Below, in pieces: positions 9,170 through 20,602 of a stretch of 64,000 bases of DNA. The stretch is from positions 1,408,001 to 1,472,000 of the forward strand of contig CAWFSF010000006.1 of assembly GCA_963818475.1 (NCBI GenBank). Direction: 5' to 3'. The DNA is from Nitrospirota bacterium (GTDB lineage: Bacteria; Nitrospirota; UBA9217). The translations under genes were made by a program, and so were the position numbers. The notes under the pieces are model-generated. The model saw only the letters and a program-made list of their open reading frames with translations. It made no database searches and was not told the DNA's origin. Numbering within the stretch: the first letter of the stretch is position 1; every line of letters begins with the position of its first letter.

Positions 9170-10531
9170 TTAGATCTTGTACTTTTTCAGTTTGTACCGC
9201 AGCACCCGCTCACTGATGCCGAGCCGTTCTGCAGCGCGTGTCTGGATGCCGTCAGACTCTTTCAGCGCATCGAGGATGAGGCCCCGCTCCACGGTATCGA
9301 GCGTTTCGTTGAGCTGCCCCTTTAAGGGAACAACAGGCGCCTTGCCGTCGCTCTCTGCGCCCTGGAGATGCAGCGGAAGATCCGTGACCGTGATCGTCCC
9401 CCGCTTCGCCAGCACCACTGCGCGCTCGATGATGTTTTCCAGTTCCCTGACATTCCCGGGGTATGCATACCGCATCAACCGGTCCCGTGCCTCTGCTGCC
9501 ACTCCCGAGATTTCCTTCTTATTCTCGGCACTGTATTTTTTAATAAAATGCTCCATCAATGCCGGAATGTCTTCCTTCCGGTCGCGCAGCGGCGGGATGA
9601 CCACGGACACGACATTCAGGCGGTAGTAGAGGTCCTCCCGGAATCTTCCTTCACGAATGTCCTTTTCGATGTCGCGGTTCGTTGCCGTGATCACGCGAAC
9701 GTCGACCTTGATCGTCTGGTTTCCGCCGACGCGTTCGAACTCCCGTTCCTGCAGCACCCGGAGCAGCTTCACCTGCATTCCCGGCGTCAGTTCACCAATC
9801 TCGTCCAAAAAGATGGTCCCCGTGTCAGCAGCTTCGAACCGTCCGATGCGTTTCGAGGTGGCGCCGGTAAAAGCGCCTTTTTCGTGGCCGAAAAGCTCGC
9901 TTTCGAGCAGTGTCTCGGGAAGCGCAGCGCAATTGACCTTGATAAGCGGGCATTTCGCCCGCGGGCTGTGGTAATGGATCGCCTTGGCAACCAGTTCCTT
10001 GCCCGTGCCGCTTTCCCCCCGCAGCAGCACCGTGGCATTGCTGGCCGCCACACGGCCGGCGAGGTTCAGCGCCTCTTCCATGGCATGGCTGGTGCTCACG
10101 ATCTCGTCGAACTTATATCGTTCGCGGAGCTGTTCCTTCAGTTCTGTGTTCTCACGGATAAGGTTCTGTCGCTCCGAGATACGCTCAATTAAGAGGACCA
10201 GCTGTTCCAGGTCAATGGGCTTGGGAAGATAATCATATGCCCCTGCCTTGATCGCCTTCACCGCCGTTTCGATAGTTCCAAAGGAGGTCATAATGATGAC
10301 CGCCATGTCAGGATTCAGTTTGTGTGCCTCGCCTGAGGTCCGGAGCGCATCCACGCCGGGGATGTTACAGTCGGTAAGAAACAGATCGAACCGCTCCCGT
10401 TTAAGCGCCTCCATGGCGTCGGCAACGCTGCCGACACCCAGAACATCATATTTCCGCTGCGCGAGGAACGTTTCGATCCGCTTCCGTTCCTGTTCCTCGT
10501 CATCCATGACCAGAATTCGCGCTTCCTGCAT
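9170..10531 (-). CDS. sigma54-dependent response regulator (NtrC family), no adjacent kinase
   Basis: Receiver, GESGTGKE, GAFTGA, Fis HTH. Confidence 0.93.
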   Translation of the reverse strand: MQEARILVMDDEEQERKRIETFLAQRKYDVLGVGSVADAMEALKRERFDLFLTDCNIPGVDALRTSGEAHKLNPDMAVIIMTSFGTIETAVKAIKAGAYDYLPKPIDLEQLVLLIERISERQNLIRENTELKEQLRERYKFDEIVSTSHAMEEALNLAGRVAASNATVLLRGESGTGKELVAKAIHYHSPRAKCPLIKVNCAALPETLLESELFGHEKGAFTGATSKRIGRFEAADTGTIFLDEIGELTPGMQVKLLRVLQEREFERVGGNQTIKVDVRVITATNRDIEKDIREGRFREDLYYRLNVVSVVIPPLRDRKEDIPALMEHFIKKYSAENKKEISGVAAEARDRLMRYAYPGNVRELENIIERAVVLAKRGTITVTDLPLHLQGAESDGKAPVVPLKGQLNETLDTVERGLILDALKESDGIQTRAAERLGISERVLRYKLKKYKI

Positions 10532-10535
10532 ATCG

Positions 10536-11522
10536 TTACTCGTCCTTTATTGCCGTTGTCTGAGATTGTTTTGCCGAGAGGTCCGCCACGATGCCTTCAC
10601 GCAGCCCCCCGCTGCTGACCAGCATTTCCCTGTATGCGTAGCGTTCCATTATTTCCTGCGTTATGATCGCGCCGGGAAGAATAATGTCTTCGCGCCCCGG
10701 TTCCAGGCCGGCCAGGGTCCTCCGTTCGCTTAAACTGGAGCGCACCAGCGTTTGTACGATCCTGTCTATGGCACTCCGGGTAAGGATCGAACCATTGATC
10801 TTCACGGGATCATAGCTAGCCATCCCCTGGTCCATGGCGGCCAGGGTCGTGATCGTACCCGCGGTCCCGATAAGTTTTTCCGGTCGGCTCCCCGCACCCA
10901 GCGGCAGTGACTGCCGGACGTTCTCCGCCCTTTCCAGTTCCATCCGGATGGCCTGCCGAAGCGCTGCGACCTCATCCAATGCAGGCGGATCAGCGGCAAC
11001 GTATCGCTCAGCCAGATACACTGCTCCGAGAGGAAGGCTCTGCACTAAGGGCCCGCTGCAGCCATTCGTCAGGATGAACTCCGTGCTGCCGCCGCCGATA
11101 TCGATGACCAAAGCCGAGGCCAGCAGGCCGGTCTCCCGCTCACCCTGTCCCTGCAGCGCGCTCGCTACCCCCAGGAGGGTGAGCCGTGCTTCCTCCTCAC
11201 CGTTGACAACACGGACAACGATGCCCGTTCGGCGGTGCACCTCAGCGATGAATTCCTGTGCGTTCGAGGCGTTCCTGAGCGCGCTCGTACCGATGGCCGA
11301 GGTCTTGCTGGCTGAAAAGCGGTGAATATGAGCGCTGAATTCGCTGAGGGCGGAAAAAGACCGCTCCATGGCGTCCGGAGAGAGCCTGCTTGTGCGGTCG
11401 AGGTCTTTGCCGAGGCGGGTTGTCCTGCGTGCTGAATACAGTTCGCGGAAGGCATCCGTGCCGGCTTCGGCAATGATGAGGCGGATGCTATTTGTTCCGA
11501 TATCGATCCCCGCAAGGATCAT
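10536..11522 (-). CDS. ppx: Ppx/GppA family phosphatase
   Basis: IDIGTNSIR, TSALR, GEEEARL, DIGGGSTE, GLREG. Confidence 0.9.
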   Translation of the reverse strand: MILAGIDIGTNSIRLIIAEAGTDAFRELYSARRTTRLGKDLDRTSRLSPDAMERSFSALSEFSAHIHRFSASKTSAIGTSALRNASNAQEFIAEVHRRTGIVVRVVNGEEEARLTLLGVASALQGQGERETGLLASALVIDIGGGSTEFILTNGCSGPLVQSLPLGAVYLAERYVAADPPALDEVAALRQAIRMELERAENVRQSLPLGAGSRPEKLIGTAGTITTLAAMDQGMASYDPVKINGSILTRSAIDRIVQTLVRSSLSERRTLAGLEPGREDIILPGAIITQEIMERYAYREMLVSSGGLREGIVADLSAKQSQTTAIKDE

Positions 11523-11977
11523 ACTGTAAGCAGATTTTTGAACCGATCACCATAGGCCCTGATGCGCATGGCGAGCAGCCTCGTGATCGCCATCAGAAGA
11601 CGGGAGCCGGTCCGCGGATCCAGGTCGAGCAGGGCTTGAAAATCTTTTCTGGTGAGCATCAGCAGCTCCGTTTGACCTTCGGATTTTGCCGTCGCCAGCC
11701 GCCCTTCTCCCTGAACCAGCGCGAGCTCACCAAAGAACTCGCCCGGATTAAGCAGCAGCAATCCCCGCTCGTGCCCTTCTCCGGCCATAACGGAGATCCT
11801 GACGTTTCCGCTCTTGATGATATAGAGCGCTTCTGCAGGCATGTTTTCCGTAAATATCGTGGTGTTCGATTTTATTTTGCGTTCCTGGAACAGGCCCAGC
11901 GCAAGTTCAAGCTCCTCGACGGTGCACCCTTTGAACAGCATCGTTTGGTGTAAGAGCTCCAGATTATCCATAGACAA
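11519..11977 (-). CDS. Stand-alone cyclic nucleotide-binding domain protein
   Basis: LYIIKSGNV, GEFFGELAL, RLATA; no HTH. Confidence 0.85.
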   Translation of the reverse strand: MSMDNLELLHQTMLFKGCTVEELELALGLFQERKIKSNTTIFTENMPAEALYIIKSGNVRISVMAGEGHERGLLLLNPGEFFGELALVQGEGRLATAKSEGQTELLMLTRKDFQALLDLDPRTGSRLLMAITRLLAMRIRAYGDRFKNLLTV

Positions 11978-12088
11978 TAGTTGATTCGGCTGCTGCCGTC
12001 CCTCCGAAATGAGGCGCCGTAACCAGCCTCATGGTATCCTGATTATAAACGGACAGCTGATTTTGTCAAGAAACAAAGAAGTTTTTTG

Positions 12089-13588
12089 TCATAGCCTGCA
12101 CTGCTCCGGCAATTCCTCGGGGATGGCCATGAAACTCCGTCTTTCGGCAAGAATGACCGTTCCGGGTTTCGCTCCTTTCGGTTTGCTCACCTTGCCGGCG
12201 AGGGTATGGGTGACCGACACTTTTCCCGCTCCACGCCCCTTGCTGTAGAAAGCAGCATACGAAGCCGCCTTCATCAACACCTTCTCTGGCACCGGAACCC
12301 CTCCGGGATTGCGCACCAGGACATGTGAACCCGGCATCCCCTCCGCATGGAGCCACCTGTCGCAGGACCGGGCAAGTTTTGTAGTCAGGTAGTCGTTCCC
12401 TGCCGCACTCCTGCCGACAAGGATCTCCCATCCGCAAAAGACCGTTCTGCGGTATGACGGCGGATCTCCCGCCAATCTCTTTTTTGCGGAACTCTGAGGC
12501 ACGTTACGGCAATCCCGCACGCTCATTTCGACACGAAGACGGATGAGCGTGTCCGTGTCCGGTGCTGCTGCAACGGAAGCTTGCAAGTGCTGGAGGGATG
12601 CCGCCTCCTCGCGTGCCGCGACGAGCCGGGCCAGGACGATCGCTCTTCCTGACTTTGCTTTCTTATATCGTTTAAAATACTGTTCGGCGTTTTGTGTCGG
12701 GGAGCACCGGGGATCAAGCCGCACCGACATCATCGTGCCATCATAATCAGCAAGCGCCGCCTGCTCCTGCCCACGGTCCAGACAGCTCAGGTTTGCCAGG
12801 ATCAGGTCGCCTATTTTTCGGAAATCTTCCGCCCGGCTGGACAAAACAAGGTCGGCCGAGAGTGCCTCTGTCCGGCGAAGGGTTTTTGTCAGGCTTTTCG
12901 CAAGCGCACGCGAAAGCTCTTTGCGCTGTGCGTCAAGTTGTCCACCCGAAATACGCTCATTGAAAAAGGCCTCAGCAACACAGTTCGCAGGTGCATCGCT
13001 CAGGGACGCAGAAGAAAACCGGCCGGTCGGGATCACTCCGGCGTTTTCAAGTTGATGAGCCGTCGTTGCCGGTCGGAATTCCCTTGCCGGCGGAGGAACA
13101 TAGGTAAGGCCTGCAAGAAGCTGCCGTTGACGAGCATCCGAAACCGGGACAGGAAAATAGACCGCCTTAATGACCGACGCTGCATTCACCATGACCAGAT
13201 TTGCCGCGGAGCCGGTGAGTTCGGCAACGAGCCGGAACTCGGCACCCCTGGCTGAAAGCAGGATCTCGACCACGCGGTCATTGTTCAACACCGCCACTCC
13301 CTTGACCGTTGCGCCCGACAGATGACTCCGGAGGTAAAGGACCATTGCATGGGGTGGGGTTACGGCCGGAGGTTTTTTTATGACCAGATGGAGTCGGGGC
13401 ATCGTCCGGTCGGGAGCGATCAGCAGAACGAGATCCCTGTCGGAACGGTGCAGCAGAAGATGGATTCCATTGGCCCCCTGGAACACACGCCGCACCCGCG
13501 CCCCGGGAAGCAGGGCTGCAAGTTCGTCAACAACGGACGTAAGCAATTCGTAACGCATGCACCTATACTCCTGCTGATTGCTCTGCAT
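12089..13588 (-). CDS. rqcH: NFACT / RqcH (FbpA) ribosome quality-control protein
   Basis: DRVV..ELTG...N, NAEQYFKRYKKAK, VGRSAAGND, WLHA..PGSHV. Confidence 0.85.
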   Translation of the reverse strand: MQSNQQEYRCMRYELLTSVVDELAALLPGARVRRVFQGANGIHLLLHRSDRDLVLLIAPDRTMPRLHLVIKKPPAVTPPHAMVLYLRSHLSGATVKGVAVLNNDRVVEILLSARGAEFRLVAELTGSAANLVMVNAASVIKAVYFPVPVSDARQRQLLAGLTYVPPPAREFRPATTAHQLENAGVIPTGRFSSASLSDAPANCVAEAFFNERISGGQLDAQRKELSRALAKSLTKTLRRTEALSADLVLSSRAEDFRKIGDLILANLSCLDRGQEQAALADYDGTMMSVRLDPRCSPTQNAEQYFKRYKKAKSGRAIVLARLVAAREEAASLQHLQASVAAAPDTDTLIRLRVEMSVRDCRNVPQSSAKKRLAGDPPSYRRTVFCGWEILVGRSAAGNDYLTTKLARSCDRWLHAEGMPGSHVLVRNPGGVPVPEKVLMKAASYAAFYSKGRGAGKVSVTHTLAGKVSKPKGAKPGTVILAERRSFMAIPEELPEQCRL

Positions 13589-13669
13589 CGTTCCAGCTTC
13601 AAACCGGTGACGAAGACGGCAGACAACCGCAGAAAACCCTAAAGCTATCTGACGTCCGGCGCAACGCTG

Positions 13670-14407
13670 CTATGGGACCTGCAGCATCTTGTGCACTTGC
13701 GGGATGACCCGCACATCGCCAAGGATCTCCAGCGCCTTTTCCTGGAAGGCAAGGAGCATGGCCGGTGCCGGTGCGGAATTTCCGCTGGCAGGCTGGAGAA
13801 TGAAAGGAACCGAAGGATCGGTGCTCGAAATGATCCTGGCGGCAGTAATGATGTCGTCCAGAGAGGTGTCATTGGTCATGACCGCTTTTACAAAGCACTC
13901 CTTCCCGCGGGTGGCGACAAGGAACTTCCGGTGTTCTTCCCAGAAGGGACGCAGTCCTGTGGCAGAGGGAAGCTTGATATCCATGCTCACCACATCGATG
14001 AAATCGACGACCTGCTGCAGCGCTTCGAACTGAATGCCGTTCGTTTCAAGATAGATTCGGAATGCCGGCCTCATCTGCGGAAGCCATGCTGATAAAAAAT
14101 CACGCTGGAGCAGCGGTTCACCGCCGGTGAGGCTGAGAACCTGCAGGAGGCCGGGCAGAGCAAGACGCGTGCATAGTTGTGAAAGGCGGTCAGCGGTCAG
14201 CGGATTTTGCACCATTTCCTGTTCCCAAGAGGCCAGCGACCGCTGCGCCCGGCAAATATCACCATGCAACTGAATTGCAGCCGGGGTATCGCAAAAGCGG
14301 CAGCGGATATGGCAGCCCTGAAAACGAACAAAAATATGCCGTTCTCCTATCCGAGGCCCCTCGCCCTGCACTGAGGAAAATATTTCATCAATAAAGGCTG
14401 TCTTCAT
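13670..14407 (-). CDS. queE: 7-carboxy-7-deazaguanine synthase (radical SAM)
   Basis: EIFSSVQGEG, CHIRCRFCDT, TGGEPLLQ, LETNG, IPQVHK. Confidence 0.85.
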   Translation of the reverse strand: MKTAFIDEIFSSVQGEGPRIGERHIFVRFQGCHIRCRFCDTPAAIQLHGDICRAQRSLASWEQEMVQNPLTADRLSQLCTRLALPGLLQVLSLTGGEPLLQRDFLSAWLPQMRPAFRIYLETNGIQFEALQQVVDFIDVVSMDIKLPSATGLRPFWEEHRKFLVATRGKECFVKAVMTNDTSLDDIITAARIISSTDPSVPFILQPASGNSAPAPAMLLAFQEKALEILGDVRVIPQVHKMLQVP

Positions 14408-14592
14408 ATTGCAGGATAATACAGAACATTAATCTTAAATACAAGTACAAGGACAGAAAAATGCACTTTTTAACTTATCTTGGCGAATCAGGTAGTTAAT
14501 GCAACATATTGATTATACTTCACTTTTACTAGCTATTCTTACTTGACAATTCAACATTAATAAGGTAATACTAAAGGTAATATGGAGGTTTC

Positions 14593-15928
14593 ATGAAAAG
14601 CGGTTCTATTGTACTTTCAATCTGCATTATTGTGTTACTGTCGTCAGCCCCGATACAGGCAGAGACCCTGGCCTATCAGGACGGCCAGACAACCATCCCT
14701 TCCCAGCTTAAACCGCCAACTGAGGACCTTGCACAGCTTGATGAACTGATCGATGAGGCTTCTGAAGAGAAGCCCTATCATATCCCCATGATCCTGAACG
14801 ACAGCGTCGAGAACCATCTTGAGTATTTCAAGACGCGCGGACGGGATGTATTCCAGCGGTGGCTCGACCGCTCGGCGCGGTACATTCCGGTTATGAAGGA
14901 TATTTTCAAAGAAAAGAACCTGCCGGAAGACCTGGTCTATGTGGCCATGATCGAGAGCGGTTTCAACCCCTATGCCGTTTCCTGGGCCAAAGCCGTGGGC
15001 CCCTGGCAGTTCATGCCCGCAACCGGCAAGCTTTACGGGCTCAAGATCGACTGGTGGATCGACGAGCGCAAGGATCCGATCAAGTCGACCATGGCAGCAG
15101 CAGAACACCTGAAGGATCTGCACAACCTCTTCGGCTCCTGGCCGCTTGCCCTGGCATCGTATAATGCCGGCGCTGGAAAGGTCCAGCGTGCAGTGCTCCG
15201 GACGCGTTCCGATGATTTCTGGGACCTGAAGGCATCGCGCTACATCCGCAAGGAAACCAAGAACTACGTCCCCAAGTACATGGCCGCAACTATCATTGCC
15301 AAGAATCCCGAGGCATACGGATTCAGCGTCACCAGTATCGAGCCGTACAATTTCGACGAGGTTGTGGTCGACCAGTCCACGGACCTCCGCTTGATCGCGC
15401 GCTGCGCCAACTGCACCTATGAAGAGATCAAGGAATTGAACCCTGAGATCAAACGGTGGGTGACGCCTCCCCAATATGCGAATTACGTCCTGCGGATCCC
15501 GAACGGCAGAAAAGACACCTTCCTTGCGAATTACGCCGCAGTCCCGGCGGAACAGAGGATCACATGGGAACGGCACCTGGTGCAAAAGGGAGAGACCCTT
15601 GCCGTCCTTGCCAGAAAGTACAATACGACCCCTGAGGCGCTCCGCGATATCAACGGGATCAAAAAGGACCGCGTCATTCCCGGCAAGCACATTCTTATCC
15701 CTCTCGACCTGAACAGCAAGACCCAGGACTTAAGCTACCTGACCATCAACCAGGGCAGCAAGACTGCAGGATATCTTGTACCGGGTTCGGAGAGGTGAGA
15801 CGCTCGGCGTCATCGCACGAAATCATAATGTAACGGTTGCCGATATCAGGGAGTGGAACAAAGGACTGGGGAAATCGGTGCGGGCCGGCCAGAAGATCAA
15901 GCTCATCGTGGACACTGACCAGATCTGA
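14593..15928 (+). CDS. mltD: MltD-like lytic transglycosylase with two LysM domains (frameshift near 15760)
   Basis: IESGFNP, AVGPWQFM, YNAG, ETKNYVPK; LysM VQKGETL and YRVRRGETL, stop at 15928 in shifted frame. Confidence 0.85.
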
Positions 15929-15947
15929 CACAGACGAAGGCGACGAA

Positions 15948-15984
15948 TTAAAAAAAGGCCGGGAGCGAATCCCGGCCTTTTTTA
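15948..15984. terminator. Bidirectional terminator between convergent mltD and cluster A
   Basis: A-tract GGCCGGGA-GCGAA-TCCCGGCC T-tract. Confidence 0.8.
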
Positions 15985-16021
15985 TTTGTCTCTATGCAGT
16001 ACAGCTTATGCAGAGCTGGAC

Positions 16022-16699
16022 TCAGACGGCCAGCAAGGTACCCTGGTTCATGCGGAGATGGCGTTTCGTCTGCCTCGCCAGGTCGGTATTATGGGTGACC
16101 ATGATGAACGTGACCCCTTTGGACCTCGTTCATGGTCTTAAAGAAACGCATCATGTCCCCTTCCGTCTCTTCATCGAGGTCTCCCGTAGGCTCGTCGGCC
16201 AGCACCAGGGCCGGATCGTTCATAAAGGCCCGGGCGATCGCCACCCGCCGCTGCTGTCCGCCGGACAATTGCGCAGGATAGACGTTGATCTTGTCCGTGA
16301 GGCCGACCATGCTGCAGCAGTTCTTCCGCCTTTCGCCGCCTCCTGCCCGGCTGCGCGCGGCCTGAAGACCGTGGGCAGCAGAAGGTTCTCCTTGACCGTG
16401 AGTATCGGAAGAAGACTGGCGAACTGGAACATAAATCCGATCTTTTCACAACGGTATTCCGAGACCCGGTCGCTTGCCAGCGCATAGATATCCTCGCCGT
16501 CGAACAGGACCTTCCCCGAGGAGGGACGGGTAATGCCGCCGATCATGGACAGCAGGGTGGTTTTGCCTGAACCGGAGTGTCCGACGATCGAGATGAAATC
16601 TCCCTTGTCGATCCGCAGAGAAACGGAACGAACGGCGTCGATGGGAGCGTTATCGACGAGGTAGGTCTTGGTGATATTCTCAACAATGATCTGCGGCAC
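16022..16699 (-). CDS. LolD/MacB-type ABC ATPase, cluster A (frameshifts)
   Basis: [43 protein letters not shown]. Confidence 0.9.
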
Positions 16700-16702
16700 G
16701 GA

Positions 16703-17901
16703 TTACTCCTGTTTGATCACGAGCAGGGGTTCCAGCTTTTTTAAGCCGTTGGACCGGCGACAGCGCCCCCAGCACGCAGATGCCGGTCCCGAACAACAGG
16801 CCGGCAAGAGCGATGACCGTACGGGTGAACGTACTGAGGTCTACGGGGAGATTTTTCAGGATCGAAAAACTTTGCGCCATGATGAACGTCAGTGTTGTTC
16901 CCGCGATAATGCCGACAATGCTTCCTATCGCACCGAGCACAAGGACCTCAAAGAGGAACAATGTTCACCACATGTCGCTCTTTCGCACCGAGAGCACGCA
17001 TGATACCGACCTCCCGCGTCCGCTCGTTCGCAATGGCGGTGAAGATCGCCCACACCAGGAAGAGCGAAAGAACGGTTGAAAGGACCATGGTGAGATAGAA
17101 GATCTTGCTGATGTCCCCCAGGGTGGTGATCAGGCTCTTTCCGATGTCCTTGCGCATCACGACGTCCAGTTCAATGATATTGTTCTCGATCTCGGACATG
17201 ACCGTATAGGGGTCCGCGCCCTTTTTGAGCTTGGCGAAGATCACGGATATCTGGTCCGGCTTGATATCTGCATCGCTGTTCTTGATGATCTCGTCGATGT
17301 TCTCATCGCTGATGAACACCGCGGTATCGAGGCCTGAGCCGGTCTTGTCCAGTACGCCGACCATGCTGAACACGCTGCCGAACAGCTTCGCCTCCATCTC
17401 CACCATTCCAAGATTGATATTATAGGCCGACTCGCTGCCGACGATGGCTTCCCCTTTTCGCAGCTTCCGTCCCAGTTTGTCTTTCAGCCAGGGCGTAACA
17501 ATGAAGTCGGTCTCCTGGTTAAAGGCAACGACCATGGATGACGGAACGGAACAGCAAAGTCCGGTAAGCGTTACCAGATAGGTCTGAGCGGAAACCTTAT
17601 CGATGCCCTCGATCTTTTTGATCCGGTCAAGAAAGGACTTGTTCATGTAGAAGGACGTGGCACGGTTCTCTACCAGAATGTCCTCTGCCCCTCCCCGGGC
17701 TCCCGTAGGCACGATCAGAAGGTCGGCGCCAAGGCGGTCCGACGTCAGCTTGATGCTTGAATTAACGCGCGTGACAAAGGAGAGGGCAAAAACGAGAGCA
17801 GCCACCATCAGGGACAGCGCCGCCACGAGGATGCCGGTCCGGAGGGGCCGGCGGCGCAGGTTACGGAAAGCCATGGATGAGAGCGTAAATTGATCAGGCA
17901 T
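16703..17901 (-). CDS. MacB/FtsX-type ABC permease with periplasmic Cys-Cys motif, cluster A (frameshifts)
   Basis: RNLRRRPLRT, RLGADLLIVP, LTGLCCSV, ERTREVGIMRALGA; ends PLLVIKQE*. Confidence 0.88.
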
Positions 17902-17920
17902 AGTGTTTTAGCAGGCAAAT

Positions 17921-17956
17921 AAAAACCTTCTCTGCGGAATATCCCGCAGAGAAGGT
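17921..17956 (-). terminator. Hairpin/terminator between propeller A and its permease
   Basis: ACCTTCTCTGCGG...CCGCAGAGAAGGT, T-tract on minus strand. Confidence 0.7.
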
Positions 17957-17985
17957 CAGGACGTTTCAGCTATTGGATCTTTATA

Positions 17986-19133
17986 CTACTTCTTCCAGTT
18001 CGTGTCAAGGCCGCAAAGAACAGCATTCTTGTCGCCGAGACCCATGCCCTTGTGGCATGCCAGGCAGACCGAGGTGGACTTGTCGGACAATTTCTTCGCA
18101 TCAGCATCATAGAACATGAGCGTGCCGTCGGTGATGTCAACGCCCTTGCCCTCTTTTACGATCGCCTTGCCGTCGGCATCGCAGCCGGCAGTCACGGTAC
18201 GAACCGTCAGCATGGCATACTTGTCGTCAGGCGTCGTCTGTGCATCGTGGATCTGGTTTCCGGCCGGCATCATCTTCTCGTCGATCAGGGTCAGGGTCTT
18301 TGCATCGAGCACCCAGAGGCGGTCGCCTGCCGACTGATAGATGCGGGTTCCGTCGTTCGAGAAGTACTGGCGGAAGGTGATGGTCTTGTCCGGCTCACCC
18401 TTCAGCGTGTTCTTGGCGATCTTCTTGAATTTGCCCTTTTCAAGCGATGCCATATCAACAAGGATGAAATCGATGGAGCCGTTGCCTTTGCCGTCCTTGC
18501 TGCCTGATTGAGCACCAGAAGGAAGGTCTTCATGTCAGGCGAGTTGATGCCGTGCGTGAACTTGTACGTCCCCTTTTCATAGCCCAGGTCGCTCACCCAT
18601 ACCCGTTCCTTGTGCTTCATCGTGGCCTTGTCAAAGACATCGACATAGCCTTCCTGGCCCATGAACACCGGCATGTAGAAACCCTTGCTCTGGCCGGATG
18701 CGCAATAGAGCGGCGGCTTCGAGCCACCTGCGCTGGCATCGGGGTCCATGGCAACATCCTTGATCACGTTGCCGGTCTTGAGGTCGGACTTGCCTACATG
18801 CTGCTTGCCCTTCGGGTCAAGCACATAGGTTGACCAGAACATGGTGTTCGGATCGTTCGCATCGATACGTGCGTCATGGGTCGGATGGGTCTTCTTGTCA
18901 CCGATAACAATGCGGTCCAGGTTGGTCACTTTGATCGGCTCATTTTCATTGCTCGGGTCGATGGTCACATCGGCCTTGGCAAAGTGGCCGCCCATACCGG
19001 CAACATAGGTTGTGCCGCTGTAGGTAGTGCCTGCTGCGATGGCGACCGGCGTTGTGGAATCAACGGTCGTAAAAGCAAGGTAGCCCATAACAACAACTGC
19101 GCATATGGTCAGTACAACGAAAACCTTTTTCAT
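17986..19133 (-). CDS. Secreted His/Cys-rich beta-propeller protein with C-terminal CxxCH (propeller A; frameshift near 18500)
   Basis: Joined ORFs 18402..19217 and 17986..18453; ATG 19133 after GGGAGG; signal peptide; blade-like repeats THDARID, YCASGQS, THGINSPD, FRQYFSNDG, IHDAQTTPDD, LCGLDTNW; CLACH. Confidence 0.75.
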
Positions 19134-19275
19134 ACTGTTCCTCCCTATTATAATATTATTTAACATCATACTTGATACATGTTTGTTCGAGTGTTCGACA
19201 TAATACTTCTGTAGCACGTTGCCCCTAGCACCTCCTTGGTATTATATAAAGAGCATATTGCTTATGATTATACAC

Positions 19276-19326
19276 AGTATCACAGAGCTATAACAAGGTC
19301 GTCAACTTCAAATTCTAATTTTACAT
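19276..19326 (-). promoter_or_regulatory. sigma70-type promoter with operator abutting -35, cluster A
   Basis: Minus strand ATGTAAAATT-AG-AATTT-GAAG-TTGACG-N18-GATACT with extended TG. Confidence 0.6.
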
Positions 19327-19801
19327 CATTGATAGCGGCTCCGCGTGGCCCTTGTTGCATAATCCGTTAACTTCATTACTATTGTTCTTTCGCCTGAGCG
19401 TTTAAAGGTCAGCACGATACGAAGCTCCGTCCCCGCCTGCATGGTCCGCGGCAATCTTAAAGATCATGATATGCTTGCCGGCCGGCCTCAGCACAAGAGT
19501 GCTGTTCGCGGGGACGTCCATGCCGGTGACGGTCGTCATTTTCCCGTCTTTCTTCGTCATGCAGTTCCGTTATCGCTCCGGGCATATCCGTACGGGCAGA
19601 CAGAAGCCGATCGTCGCCGTTTCCCGTGTTGACGATCTTCATGAACACCGATGCAACGCCCAGTATGACAGGCGACAGTTTTGCCTCGGGCTCTTCGACC
19701 ACGATCTGAGGCTCTCCGGGAGAGCACGCGGCTCCTCCCAGAAGGAAAGCGACCAGAACTGCCAAGATGGTGCAGATGAGAGGATTCGCCTTCAGGGGCA
19801 T
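19326..19801 (-). CDS. PCuAC copper chaperone lipoprotein (frameshifts)
   Basis: Lipobox AAC; ASVFMKIVNTG..DDRLLSA; ELH...GKM...LRPAGKHIM (H-xn-M...H-x-M); LTFKRSG. Confidence 0.85.
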
Positions 19802-19825
19802 AGCCAGATCCTTCCCTTGTACGCG

Positions 19826-20524
19826 TTATTTTGCAGCGGTTCCCTTTGCAGGAGGCGCAGCAGCGCCCTGAACCTCAGGCGCAAAGGTGGTACCGCCGAG
19901 CTTTTCAGCGATCACTTTATTCTTTTTCTGCGCCTCAGCTGTGTTCCCAGCACGTTCGTACAATTTAGCCAGTTCCACCGTGGCAATCCCCGGCCCGAGA
20001 ACCGCCTCCGCCTTTTCGAATGACGCTATGGCTTCACTCTGTTTGCCGAGCGCACTATACACGTACCCCATACGCTGATAGGCCAGTCCGACCAGATCCT
20101 TATCAACGAATTTACTTTTTGGCAAGGGTTTCGTATTCCCGAAGGGCCTCATTCGGGCTGGTTGAGCTTTACGAGACAATTGCCGATGTAGAATTGCGCG
20201 ATTGCGCCGCTCATCGTGCGGGGATACTTTTTTTGCACATCGCGGTACCGTTCGAGCGCCTTTGCATAATCAGGCGCAGCACCGCGCCTGCTCCTGATAC
20301 AGTCCCTGTGCGGCGGCAAGCAGTGCGGAGGCTTTTTTGTCGTTGCTGGACTGAAAAAGCGTATAGCCTGCGGCAATGACGACCACTGCCGCCAGGACAA
20401 CGACGGCTATCGTAAGGTTCTTCTGGTACAGCGAAACGAGATCAAGGGCCTTGTTCGCGATGGTCATGAGCTGCGGCTCCGCATGCTTTGACGCGGCAGA
20501 GCCTTTCTTCTTTATCATATGCAT
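19826..20524 (-). CDS. Membrane-anchored TPR protein, YfgM-like (two frameshifts)
   Basis: N-terminal TM segment, YPRTMSGAIAQFYIGN, TPR helices across ORFs 20270..20524, 20149..20400, 19826..20179. Confidence 0.7.
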
Positions 20525-20602
20525 CCGTACAACCTCCTCAGATGGAATTCACCGGCATTTTCTTATCCGATGCGGAATAATCACGATCGTTACGAGCGCT
20601 TG

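Noticed and set aside
13670-14407. queE as part of a 7-deazaguanine DNA-modification island
   Set aside because: No dpdA/tgt-like or other dpd genes nearby; the context is housekeeping.
14644-15690. Long antisense ORFs (e.g. 14644..15690, 25711..26718, 53813..55051)
   Set aside because: Shadow frames of real genes in GC-rich coding DNA; no motifs.
19134-19240. In-frame 28-aa upstream extension of propeller A from GTG 19217 with AAGGAGGT
   Set aside because: RBS spacing is long (about 12 nt); ATG 19133 has its own GGGAGG and begins a clean signal peptide.
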